DNA from: Yuukianura sp. NJ FZ-2021
Lineage: Eukaryota
Assembly (NCBI GenBank): GCA_046563655.1
Contig: CM102285.1
Span: 2,480,001 to 2,544,000, forward strand
Length of the DNA stretch: 64,000 nt
Reading direction: 5' to 3'
Part shown: in pieces, positions 48,834 to 60,662 of the stretch
Position numbering within the stretch: position 1 is the first letter of the stretch
How the letters are laid out: each line of letters begins with the position of its first letter
Program-made: the position numbers and the translations under genes
The notes under the pieces: generated by a model
Database searches by the model: none
What the model saw: only the letters and a program-made list of their open reading frames with translations
Told to the model about the DNA's origin: nothing

Positions 48834-50272
48834 CAGTAGGCCAACACCATGAGCAATGCGAGTGTAGTCGGGAAACCGCACATGTATGGGCACTTAATAG
48901 TGCAAAAATTACAGTAATGATGATACCGTAGCCAATTGTCAGGAAGGCCGTAAGCCAGTGACAAAGCTCGACTTTGAACTTTTGAGCACTCAGTTGAACA
49001 ATTTGATGATAAGAGTCGTTTGAAATGCCCGCAAACCTTTATTCTGAAATTGGATAATTTTTTAGTTTGAGATGAAATAATTCCGATAGTAACCCGGAAA
49101 ATACGAAAGTAGCGAACATGTAAGCAGCTGGCAACGGGGACACAACATGGTGAACTTTTACACACTATGGCTATATGGACGGTAGAATAAAAAAGTGACC
49201 TTTGACCCGGAAGGAGGTCACTGGGGGTCATGTAATGAATTTAAATGTTGTTTGTCTCAATGAGACGAACATATTTGTGGACGTTATTTCCCGAGTTGTC
49301 GTTTTTGAAACAGTAACCGGATTTACTGACTGTAAAAGTACAACTAAGCTAACTAAATTCTATTACCCATGAGCAACGGTATCTAACAGAATTGGGTTGC
49401 GTTTGAGAAAGAAGACGACCAAGTCTAACACATGAGTTGTGTAAATTATACCAATGAAAGACGTCAATGTAGCCACTGATGCAAAACATCCAGTTAAGTA
49501 TATGTGGAAGTCTCTCGCAATCACTATGAAAATGGCTTTGTAACCACTGCCGACTTGAGTTTCCAATTCTAGGTGCACAGCAGTGATTATCGGAATACAA
49601 GCGAGGGCCGAGAGTATCACAATCACAAATTGCATGACAAAGTGTTCCATTTTTGCAAAATTGAGGAAATAGACTGCGCCTATAAAATTATCATTTTGAT
49701 TTGGAGCAATTTGTTGCTACAACTGGTAATGGCTTTGCTTTTGAAGTGGACGACCATGTGAAATACAACAATTTCTACCATAATTATATAATTTCTACCA
49801 TAGGAACATTTTTTCATTACGTGATGCCGAAAAGCACATGAATTTTTCAAAACCAATTTCAAAGCAAATGTTAATTTTATTTTAAATTGTATCTACATGC
49901 TTTTTATTAACATTATAACATTATAGTAGGTTTTTGCTCTTCCAACATAATAGGAATATTTGCTGATGTATCATGCTACTTGTTTTCCTTAGCTCGGCGT
50001 CAAAAATGTATTTTTCAATACCACTTTTGAAAATGAAGTTGTAAGAAATGTTTTTGCATGATTTGTGTAAAATTCGGAGGGTTTACGTCGAACTTGTAAA
50101 TTATTGGTTAGTATTTCCAACAACTGGAAAATGGGTTTTTCCACTCCAATTTGGACTTATTTGAATTTGAACAATAGTATTTAAGTTGAAAGAAAAAGGC
50201 GTTCTTCCTATATCCTGTGTATTAACTAGTAAAGAGAATTTATTTGAATAAGATGATTGATACAACGATAAT

Positions 50273-50933
50273 TAGGGTTGTTCAAGTTCCGGTGCCAGAA
50301 ACGGCACGAAACTTATTTCCGGTGTCGTTTCGTTTCCATTTCCACATTTTTTGAAACGAACTTTCGGTTCCGTTTCCGTTTCGTTCCCAGTTCCATGGTA
50401 AGATGGAACCGTTTCCTTTAGGAAACGGAACTGGAACTGGATGAATTTATTTTAGCGCAAAATTTGAAGCGCGAATCTCAAACTAGAAAAAAGAACAATA
50501 ACGTAATGTTATTATATATAATGTTATTATTATTAAGCAACACTTTTTTTTTTAGATAAGATTGCATATGTTTGAAGTGAACAAATCGATTATTTGGCGA
50601 TTTCTTTCTTAATTTGAAGTCAAGTGTAATAGATAATCTAATCAGTCTCCGTCGACATCATCATCTATCGACAATATGTAATTTAGTGATTCTAGCCCGA
50701 ATATCGTTGAAATTGACTTTAAAAATCATTTTTAAAGATAATTCGGCTGCCAAAGGTAGCCGCAAGAAAAGAAATTCGTTTCCAGTTCCGTTTCGTTTCG
50801 TTCCAGCGCCGTTTCGTTTCGTTTCCGTTTCCCCGTTTTTAAATTAGTTCCGTTCCATTTTCGAAAACTCATCGTCAGTTCCGGTGCCGTTTCCGTTTCC
50901 TCGTGGAAACGGAACGGAACTTGAACAACCCTA
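50273..50933. mobile_element. Non-autonomous hAT element, 661 bp
   Basis: Perfect 19-bp TIR TAGGGTTGTTCAAGTTCCG; 8-bp TSD ACGATAAT at 50265-50272 and 50934-50941; many subterminal AAACGG/CCGTTT-type repeats; empty site at about 55964. Confidence 0.92.
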
Positions 50934-51456
50934 ACGATAATTACTTGTTTTAATAGAAAAAAAAAGGTAATAATTAGAATGAAATCGAGCATAAAATTAA
51001 CACATAATAAAAATGTGCAACCAACGTAGAACATTTCTGTATGCAAAGTATGGAACACAATTGTCAAAATTTGGCCGTTATACAAATAAATGAGTAGCTT
51101 AGAATGTGTTTGAATCTACAGTCTCTCTGCTAAATCGACTAAACTTCAATGTGAATTTGAAGGATATAAATGCAATTTACGTTAATATGAACCTTGTGAA
51201 TAAGTAACGTGTAAGTACCATACCATTTGGTTGTCTAGCCTATGCCTAACAGATGTTTTAACTTCATTTATTTTTTTTTTTTTGGATTTATTCATTTTAT
51301 TTCATCTTACTGACGCTTTATTTCCTGCAGAGTGTAGATTTGTGAGTCGCGCTTGCTATTATTGTGCACAACTTTATATTAGTTTATGTTTGATTTTCAT
51401 TTTAATGGCTTTCCTTCCCATTCTAGAGCATCACGATTTCATGAGTTAAGCTTAGT

Positions 51457-53002
51457 TTAACTACCCACTTGATTCAACATCAGCGTCAGGGAAATTGTGT
51501 AGTCAAGGACAGTTGCATTGACATTAACTTGTGTCTGTTTGTCAATATAGTTGAGTGGACCACACCGTATGTAGCATGGCTTCAACGACCTCCACATCAT
51601 CACTTCCCTTCGAGTGCCTGTTAGTTGCCTTTGGACTTGAGATATGTAAGTAACCGACTTGCAGTAAATCATCGAACCAAAAGACAAAACTATGTTTACA
51701 TCACCGAAGATGCATGAAGCAAGAAAAAAAAGAATAACATAGATAATGGTGAATCCCAGACCGAACAAGCATGCGTAACATACTACCGGTAACAAGCTGC
51801 CAATGACCAGCAAAGATGCTATAGGTAATGCCCCCAACTCATTAAGTGCTACCGAAATTATATACATTCTTTTGTAGTGTTGTGCTAAGGCGGTAGTTTG
51901 GCTTTGGCTGGATAAGTTTTGAAATAATATAGGCTCGCTTAGCCAGTTGATCAAAAACTGTGCTGTTACATATGTGACAATTAAACACTGGATGTACTTT
52001 TGTAGCATCAAGTACCCATGTACCCAAGTCATTATAACCCCTACAACAGTACAAGTAATTGCCAAGTAGTCCGATAGCATAGCGGAGTAACTGAATTCAC
52101 CAAGTATACTTCCTAGTATGTATTTGAACAACTCTGTGAAGTCTCTGCCCAACGCCACCGGAACGCCTATATCAAAGCAAATAGGCAATAGCTCTCCCAA
52201 TGTACAGAAAGTCTGCAAAGTTCTGATATTCAGGCTTTCTTCAGAGATGTATAAAGAAGATTCTGAAAAAAAGTTGTAATCATTAGTATTCCTAATACAT
52301 ATGTTACAAATATACATAATTTTTCTTTTCTTTCGTATTCTTTACGGAACAGAAATTATCAATGACATTTCTGAAAACAGAATGCATGCGGCCAAAGTTC
52401 TCGTGTATTGAAGTCTTATGTGCGCCACTTAAGCTTTGTTTAGGCAACGTATCAACAATATAACAAGCAGTTCACCGCCTCAGATGCTTACATTGTCGAA
52501 CGTATTCCAATCTTTTGGAAGCTCCTTCTCTATCATGCTGTATGTAAATATTTATACAAATAATAAAATATGTAAAAATTTAACCTTTGTTGGAGGTCAG
52601 TACGGACATCATAAAGTTTAGATGCTGCTGCAAGACTTTCTTATGCCAAGTAGTGGTGATATCAACCACAATGTTGTGGCATATCAGAAGACTTGATCCC
52701 ATAAATGCAATTGTGAGTACTGGATTAAGGTTTGCAGCATAGTTAGTGTATGCCATTGCAATCAAGCCAAATAGTGAAAGACAGTCCAGCAAAAGTATAC
52801 CAGTGGATCTTCTTCTGTATTCCACTGAGTCATCCAAGTCAAATTTGTTTTCGTCAATATTCCAACGCAGAGGGTTTTGGTATGTTTGATTTGCGTTCAT
52901 AATACAGCGTTTCACCATGTCCACGGCATGTCCTCTACGACTTGGTTTTACGCGCCGAGCTTTTTCAATTGCAAAATTACTTTGAAAATTGAAGTACTTC
53001 AT
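51457..53002 (-). CDS. Family A chemoreceptor-like gene A2 (exons about 53002-52585, 52262-51457)
   Basis: Open exons; close paralog of A1 and A3. The ATG used by A1 is ATT here, so the start is uncertain. Confidence 0.72.
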
Positions 53003-53591
53003 TGTTCAAAAGGATTTTGTGAACAGAATAAGTTTTTGATATACTCAGAGCTTATATGCAATGTCGCTTTCTGTTTTATATGTAAGAAATAATTTTCATA
53101 AAAGGAAAGCTATTTTTTGAATTTAAAGTAGCATTTTTACAGGGACGTTAGGCTGATGGTAGATAACACGGATATAAATCGATTGAGCTTGGGTGGAGCA
53201 GTACTTGTGTAGTTGCAAAATCCATCAACATCAGCACTATTTCTGAAGGTACTAAAACTTTCATAACTTCTTAAGTTCATACAAGCGCCAGATGAGCAGA
53301 CTCCATTAGGACTCTTTTAGTTAATTCATAGTTATTGAAAATAGCTCTTATTTTGTAAAGACGGAAATGAAACTGAATGTAATCTAACTGATTATTAGTT
53401 CAGTATCCTCGTTGGACAAAATATTCCTTAAATCGGAAATTGTCTTTTTGGGAAATTAGAATTTGATATTTGCTGGGTTAGCACTGAGGCCTTGAAGTCA
53501 TAACATTCTGCATTAGTTTAAATTACCGTCGTTGAAGATTGCCGCATCCGGCAAAGGACTGAATTTTTCAGTACTGTAAGAAATTATCAGC

Positions 53592-55245
53592 CTACTTAAA
53601 ACTAACCAAAAGATTGATGATGCTGGAGATGATAATGTCCTTCAAGAGGAACAAAAGTGTCGATTCGTTAACAAATCCCACGTCAGAAATTGCAACTTGC
53701 ACGGACTTAAAGCTTTTCAGTTTCGTTTGTTCAAATTTCGATATCTCGAAATTCCTTCCTGTTACATATACTCGTCCATAATTTCGGGAGAAGTTGAAGT
53801 TCTCGTCGCCGCTATCTATGATGAATTTCAAAATTTTGAGACAGTAGGCCAACACCAAGAGCAATGCGAGTGTAGTCGGGACCCCGTGCATGTATGGGCA
53901 CTTAATAGGGCAAAAAATTACAGTATGATGATCCCGTAGCCAATTGTAAGGAAGGCCGTAAGCCAGTGACAAAGCTCGACTTTGAACTTTTGAGCACTGA
54001 GTTGAACAATTTCATAATGAATAAGTCGTTTGAAATGCCCGCAAACGTCTTTTCTGAAATTAAATATAATTTCTTAGTTTGAGCTAAAATAAATCCGATA
54101 TTAACTTGGAGTGTACGAAAGTAGCGAAGGTATAAGCAGCTCGTAACGAGGACACAACAAGGTGAACTTTAACGCACTATGGTTATCGACGGTAGAATAA
54201 AAAACTGACCTTTGACCCGAAGGAGGCCACTCGGGGTCATGTAATGAATTTAAATGTTGTTGGTCCCAATAACACGAACATTTTTGTGGGCGTTATTTCC
54301 CGTGTTTTCGGTTTTGAAGCAGTAAGTAAACCAACGCATTTACTGACTGTAAAAGTACAACTACATTGCATTACCCATGAGCAGCAGCATCTAACAGAAG
54401 CGGGTTGAGTTTGAGAAAGAAGACGACCAAGACTAGCACATGAGTTGTGAAAATTATATCAATGAAAGACGTCAATGTAGCCACTGCTGCAAAACATCCA
54501 GTTAAGTATTAGGTGCAAGACTCTCGCAATCACTATGAAAAGGGCTGTGTATCCACCGCCGACGTGAGTTTCTAATTCTACGTGTACAACAGTAATTACC
54601 GGAACACAAGCGAGGGCCAAGAGTATCACAATCACAAATTGCCTGACAAAGTGTTCCATTTTCGCAAAATTGAGGAAGTAGACTGCGCCTATAAAATTAT
54701 CATTTTGATTTGATTTGGAGCAATTTGTTGCTACAACTGGTAATGGCTTTGCTTTTGAAGTGGACGACCATGTGAAATACAAAAATGTCTGCCATAATTA
54801 TATAATTTCTACCATAGAAACATTTTTTCATTACCTGATGTCGAAAAGCGCATGAATTTTTCATGCGACTGGTGTGGAGCAACTTGTTGCAAATGCTGGC
54901 AATGGCTTTGCTTTTGAAGACGACGACCATGTAAAATACAACAATTTCTACCGTAATTATAAAGAAGACAAACGCTAAGACACGCTCATCAACAGTCCGT
55001 TTGGATACATTCCCATAAACGCCATATAGTGGCACTGAGAGCGCAAAAAATATATTGACGCAAAGTGGCGTGGTTGCAAAAATGCCAAATTCTCCGGATG
55101 ATTCTATGATAACAGATTGGACTACTCCAGTTTTACGAGTTGGTTTCCAAGTGAAGTAGTACGGGAGTACTCCAAGTGACTGTCCTAAGTTGAACAGTTC
55201 TAATAACAGTAGAGTATGCGGATAGACTGGATTTTCTGATTTCAT
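53592..55245 (-). pseudogene. Family B copy B3, pseudogene
   Basis: Frameshifts near 53925 and 54510; a duplicated end of exon 1 fused to spacer DNA at about 54700-54865. Confidence 0.8.
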
Positions 55246-56518
55246 TTTATTTTGTTTTTGTTTTCTTATTCTTTGTTTAACAAATAAAATGTATTAGGTC
55301 GCGTATTGCGTTGTGTTAGGAATTTTTTTTATGCTTTTTGATTAATTTATTCTAAGGAAGAGAAAAATATTCTAAGGAAATATTTTATTGTGGTGAATTT
55401 TTGGTGAGTTAACTTATAAGGCTAAACACACTCGAGAAAGATCAAACGCAACATTAAAACTATATAAAACTTGATGCATAGGAGCGGAACATAGCAACAA
55501 TTTTTGTTTATGAGGATGTCAGGAAACGCATATTTTTTTTCAAAACCAATTTCAAAGCGAATGTTAATTTTTTAAAAATTGTATCTACATGCTTTTATTA
55601 TCATTATAACATTATAGTAGGTTTTTTACTCTTCCAACATAGTAAGAATACTTGCTGATTGATGATGCTACTCGTTTTCCTTATCTCGGCGTCAAAAAAT
55701 GGAATTTTTAATACCACTTTTGAAAATGAAGTTATAAGAAACCTTTTTGCACAGTTTGTGTAGAATTCGTAGGGTTTGCGTCCAACTAAACTATTGGTTA
55801 ATATTTTCAGCAACTGGAAAATGGTTAGGTTAGGTTACCTGGAAAATGGGTTTTTCCACTCCAATATTCACTTTAGTTTTTAAGTAGAAAGGAAAAGGCG
55901 TTCCTCCTATATCCCGTGTATTAATTAGTAAATGGAATTTATTTTAATACGATGATTAATACAACGATAATAACTAGGTTTAACATAAAAAAGTAATAAT
56001 TAAAAGCCTGCCAGAAACAGGAGAGTAAATGAAAATGAAAATGAAAATGAAATTAGAATGAAATCGAAAATAAAATAAACTCATAATAAAAACGTGCAAC
56101 CACCGTAGAACAGTTTTGTATGTAAAGTATGGAAAACGATTGTCCAAGTTATACAAATAGATGAGTAGCTTAGAAGGTATTTGAATCTACAGTCCATCTG
56201 CTAAATCCACTAAACCTCAATGTGAATTTGAATGATATACATGCAACATACGTTAATATAAACATTGTGAACATGTAACAAGTAACTACCATACCATTTG
56301 GTTGTCTAGCCTAACGAAAGTTTTAACTTTATTTATCTTTTTTTTGAATTTCTTCATTTTATTTCATCTTATTGGCGCTCTAGTTCCTGCAGGGTGTAGA
56401 TTTGTGAGTCTAACCAACTATTATTGTGCACAACTTTATATTAGTTTATGCTTGATTGTCATTTTAATGGCTTTTCTTCCCCTTCAAGAACATCACGAGT
56501 TCATGAGTGAATCTTAGT

Positions 56519-58061
56519 TTAACTACCCACTTGCTTCAACATCAGCGTCAGGGAAATTGTGTAGTCAAGGACAGTTGCATTGACATTACTTTGTGTCTGT
56601 TTGTCAATATAGTTGAGTGGACCACACCGTATGTAGCATGGCTTCAACGACCTCCACATCATCACTTCCCTTCGAGTGCCTGTTAGTTGCCTTTGGACTT
56701 GGGATATATAAGTAACCGACTTGGAGCAAATCATCGACGCAAAAGACAAAAATATGTTTACATCTGCGAAGAGGCATGAAGCAAGGACAAAAAGAATAAC
56801 ATTGACAACAGTGAATCCTAGGCCGAACAGGCATGCGTAACATACTACCTGTAACAAGCTGCCAATGATCAGCAAACATGTAATAGGCACTGTCCCCACT
56901 TCATTAAATGCTATCGAAATTAAATAAATTCTTTTGTATTGTTGTGCTAAGGCGGTACTTTGGTTTTGGTTGGATAAGTTTTGAAATAATATAGGCTCGC
57001 TTAACCAATGGATCAGAGACTGTGCCGTTACATATCCTACAATTACATACTGGACGCACTTTTGCAGTGATAAGTACCCTTGTACCCAAGTCATTATAAC
57101 TGCTACACCAGTACAAGTAATTGCCAAGTAGTCCGACAGCATAGCGTAGTAACTGTATTCACCAAGAATACTTCCAAGTATGTGCTTGAACAACTCTGTC
57201 ATGTCTCTTCCCAACGCCACCGGAACGCCAATATCAATGCAAATACGCACGACCTCTCCCAATATGCAGCAAATCTGTAGAGTTCGCATATTCAGTTTTT
57301 CTTCAGAGATGTAGAAAGAAGACTCTGAAAACGAAGTTGTATAGTGATTAACATTTCAAATACATGGTTACAAATATGCATAGCTTTTTTCATTGCTATT
57401 CTTTCCGCAACAACAATTATCAACTAAATTTCTGAAAACAGAATGCGTGGCCAAAGTTCTCGTGAAATGAAGTGTGATGTGCGCCCAAGTATTGAAAATG
57501 CAGTTATCAAATTTCTAGCTTTGTTTAGGAAACGTAAGTTCATCGACGTAGATGCTTACGCGTACTTGAACGTATTCCAATCTTTTGGAAGCTCATTTCT
57601 CTTGCTGTACATACCTAGGTAATAAAATATGTAAAAATATAACCTTTGTTTGAGGTCAGCACGGACATCATAAAGTTTACATTCTGCTGCAAGGCTTTCT
57701 TGTGCCAAGTAGTGCTGATATCAACCGCAATGTTTCCGCACATCTGTAGAGTTGCTCCCATAAATACAATTGTGAGTACTGGATTAAGGTTTGCAGCGTA
57801 GTTAGTGTATGCCATTGCGATCAAACCAAATAGAGAAAGACAGTCCAGGAGAAGTATAGCAGTAGATCTTCTTCTGTATTCCACTGAGTCATCCAAGTCA
57901 AATTTGTTGTCGTGAATATTCCATCGCAGAGGGTTTTGGTATGTTTGATTTGCGTTCATAATACTGCGTTTCACCATGTCCACGGCACGTCCTCTTCGTC
58001 TTGGTTTAGCGCGCCGAGGATTTTCCATTGTGAAATTACTGTGAAAATTGAAGTGCTTCAT
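56519..58061 (-). CDS. Family A chemoreceptor-like gene A3 (exons about 58061-57644, 57324-56519)
   Basis: Open exons, phase-1 intron, paralog of A1 and A2. Confidence 0.75.
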
Positions 58062-58487
58062 CGTTCAAAAGGAGTTTGTGAACAGCATAAGTTTCTCATA
58101 GACTGAGAGCTTCTATGCAATGTCGCTGTCTACTTTATAGGTAAAAAATAATTTTCATAAAAGGAAATGGATTTTTTTAAATAGGATGTTTGCTGGGACA
58201 CCGGACCGATGGTAGATAACACAAGGCATAAATCAATTGAGCCTCGGTGAAGCGGTATTTGTGTTGCTGCAAAATCCATCAACTTCGGCAATATTTCTGT
58301 CTGTAGGTAGCCAAAATTTTCATAACTCCTTAAGTTCCTACAAGTGCCAGATATGAGCAGACTCCATTAGGAGTCTTAGTTAATTCATAGTTTTTGAAAA
58401 TAGCTCTTTAAGTAAAAACGGAGATGAAAGTTGATGTAAATTCACTGATTATTTATTCAAAAAACTCGGTCATTATCATATGGCTCA

Positions 58488-59521
58488 TATGATAATGACC
58501 GAGTTTTTTGAAATGCCCGCAAATGTTCATTCTGAAATTCAATATGATCTTTAGATTTGAATTAATATATAAGTACTCAATATGTATGCTTTTTCTGTTT
58601 ATGTTTAGCAAACTCATTGGTTTATAGTGATATAAGTAAATTTTACCCATGAGCGGCGACATTCAGCAGCATTGAGTTGCATTTGAAAAAGAAGATCACC
58701 AACACTAGCACATGAGTAGCGTAAATTATGTCAACAAAAGCGATCCATGTAGCCACTGCTGCAAAACATCCAGTTAAGTAAATGTGCCGGTCTCCCGCGA
58801 TCACTTCGAAAAGGGCTTTGAAAGCTCCGCCGACGTGTGTTTCCAATTCTATGTGCACAACAGCAATTATCGGAATACAAGTGAAGGCCAGAAGTATCAC
58901 AAAAATACATTCCATGACAAAGTGTTCCATTTTCGCAAAGTTTAGGAGATATATTGTACCTACGTATAAATATTAAATACTTTGGGACTGTTTAAAGGTC
59001 ATATTTTTTGCAATGCTTTAGTGTGTAAATACTCTAATTGGCAGAAATTGTTTCCTTTTAACCTTTTAAAAATCCATTGTTACTCTACATGTAAGGCTTT
59101 TGGAATTAGGATTTTTAAGTGGTTACTTACGTAGCTCGCGACTGGTTTGGAGCAATTTGTTGCTACAGCTGGCAATGGCTGTACTTTTCAAGAGGACGAC
59201 CAAGTGACATACAACTACTTCTACCATAATTAAAAAGAAGACAAATCCCAGGACACGTTCATCCACATTATTCCGTTTGGATCCATTCCAAAAAACTTCA
59301 TATAGTGGTACAGTTAGCGCAAAAAATAAATTGACGCAAAGTGACGTGGTTGCAAAAATGCCAAATTTTCCTGACGATTCCATGGTAACGGATTGGACTA
59401 TCCCAGTTATCGAATGTGGTTTCCAAGTGAAGTAGTACGGGAGTACTCCAAGTGCTTCTCCTAAGTTGAACAGTTCTAATAACCGTAGAGTACGCGGATG
59501 AACTGGATTTTGTGATTTCAT
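58488..59521 (-). pseudogene. Family B copy B4, 3'-truncated
   Basis: Exons 1 and 2 are open, but homology to the last exon stops after ...GHFKKLGHYH at about 58488. Confidence 0.78.
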
Positions 59522-60662
59522 TTTATTTTGTGTTTGTTTTTTTAATTACTGTTAATTTAGGTAACCAAATGTATTAGTTCATGTATTGCCTTCTGTTGGA
59601 CAATTTTCTTCCTTTAAATTATTTGTTGAAGGAAGAGAAAATTATTATAAAGAGATGAAATATTTTATTGTGGTGAATTTCTGCTTAGATAACTTAAAAG
59701 TTATAAGATTCGGAAAACAGCTAAAGCAAAACTGAAACACGTTATATGTATACGAGTAGAACGTAGCAACATTTTTTATGAATACGTCAGGGAAATGCAT
59801 GCACAGAAAGTCTTTTTTCAAAACCAACTTCAAAGTGAATGCTAAATGCGCTTTTTAAAGATCTATTTTTAAAGAGCTCTATGCTTTTAAATACAAGAGT
59901 TTTTCCCAGTGTAGTATAGATACTATTCCGTTTTCTTAGTTTGACATCAAAAATGCATTTTTGAACACGACTTTTCAAGATGAAGATATAAGTAATGGGT
60001 TTTCATAGTTTATTTAGAATTCGGATTGACTTCCAATGTTAAAACTATTTTTGAAAAGTTTTCCAAAAAAAAAATGAAAAAAAAAGTAGTTTTCTTACTC
60101 CAATTTCTGGCTTTTATTTCCAACTACTAGAAAGGAAAACGCACTCCATTTATATCCCACGTACTAACAAAATGAAATTTATTTGAATACAGTGATTGGA
60201 CAAATGTAAATTATTGCAGTTTTACCATGCAGAAAAGTATTACAATGAAATAGAAAATAAAATAAGCATCTACAAGAAACTAGAACACTGTTGGGGTATG
60301 GTCGAGATATGATCAACGTATGGTAAAAGTTTGTCAAAGTTTTGAGGTTGTTCAAATAGATGAGTTGCGTAAATGGTATGGAAGGACACTGTGATAGTAA
60401 ATCACGTCTACAAAAATTGAGGCCAAAAAATATGTGTTTCCACAACTGGCGCATATCCGAAAAATGACAACTAATTGAGGCCAGGTACAAGTAGCAGTCG
60501 GAGGAGAGAAGTTGTAGAAAAAATATTTAAGAGTTTACAGAAGTGGGTTTCCAATTCAACGTGACAAAGAAGGCTGCTGGAAAGCAAGCCCATACCCAAC
60601 CAAATTGTTTCAAAAAATTTTAAACATTGTTAAAAAAGTAGGCCAAATTTTTCAAATCAATT

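Larger units (their letters stand above)
48132..49790 (-). pseudogene. Family B copy B2, pseudogene
   Basis: Most of exon 1 is deleted; the last exon carries two TE insertions and small indels relative to B1 and B3. Confidence 0.85.
42500..60400. repeat. Tandem segmental duplication of a roughly 5-kb (family B gene + spacer + family A gene) unit, about 3.5 copies
   Basis: Genes and intergenic DNA recur, e.g. CCATACCATTTGGTTGTCTA-like at about 45500/51220/56290 and TTAATTCATAGTT at about 47870/53320/58380. Confidence 0.9.

Noticed and set aside
48557-49231. 220-aa and 124-aa ORFs
   Set aside because: Chance read-through across intron, pseudogene exon and hAT MITE sequence.
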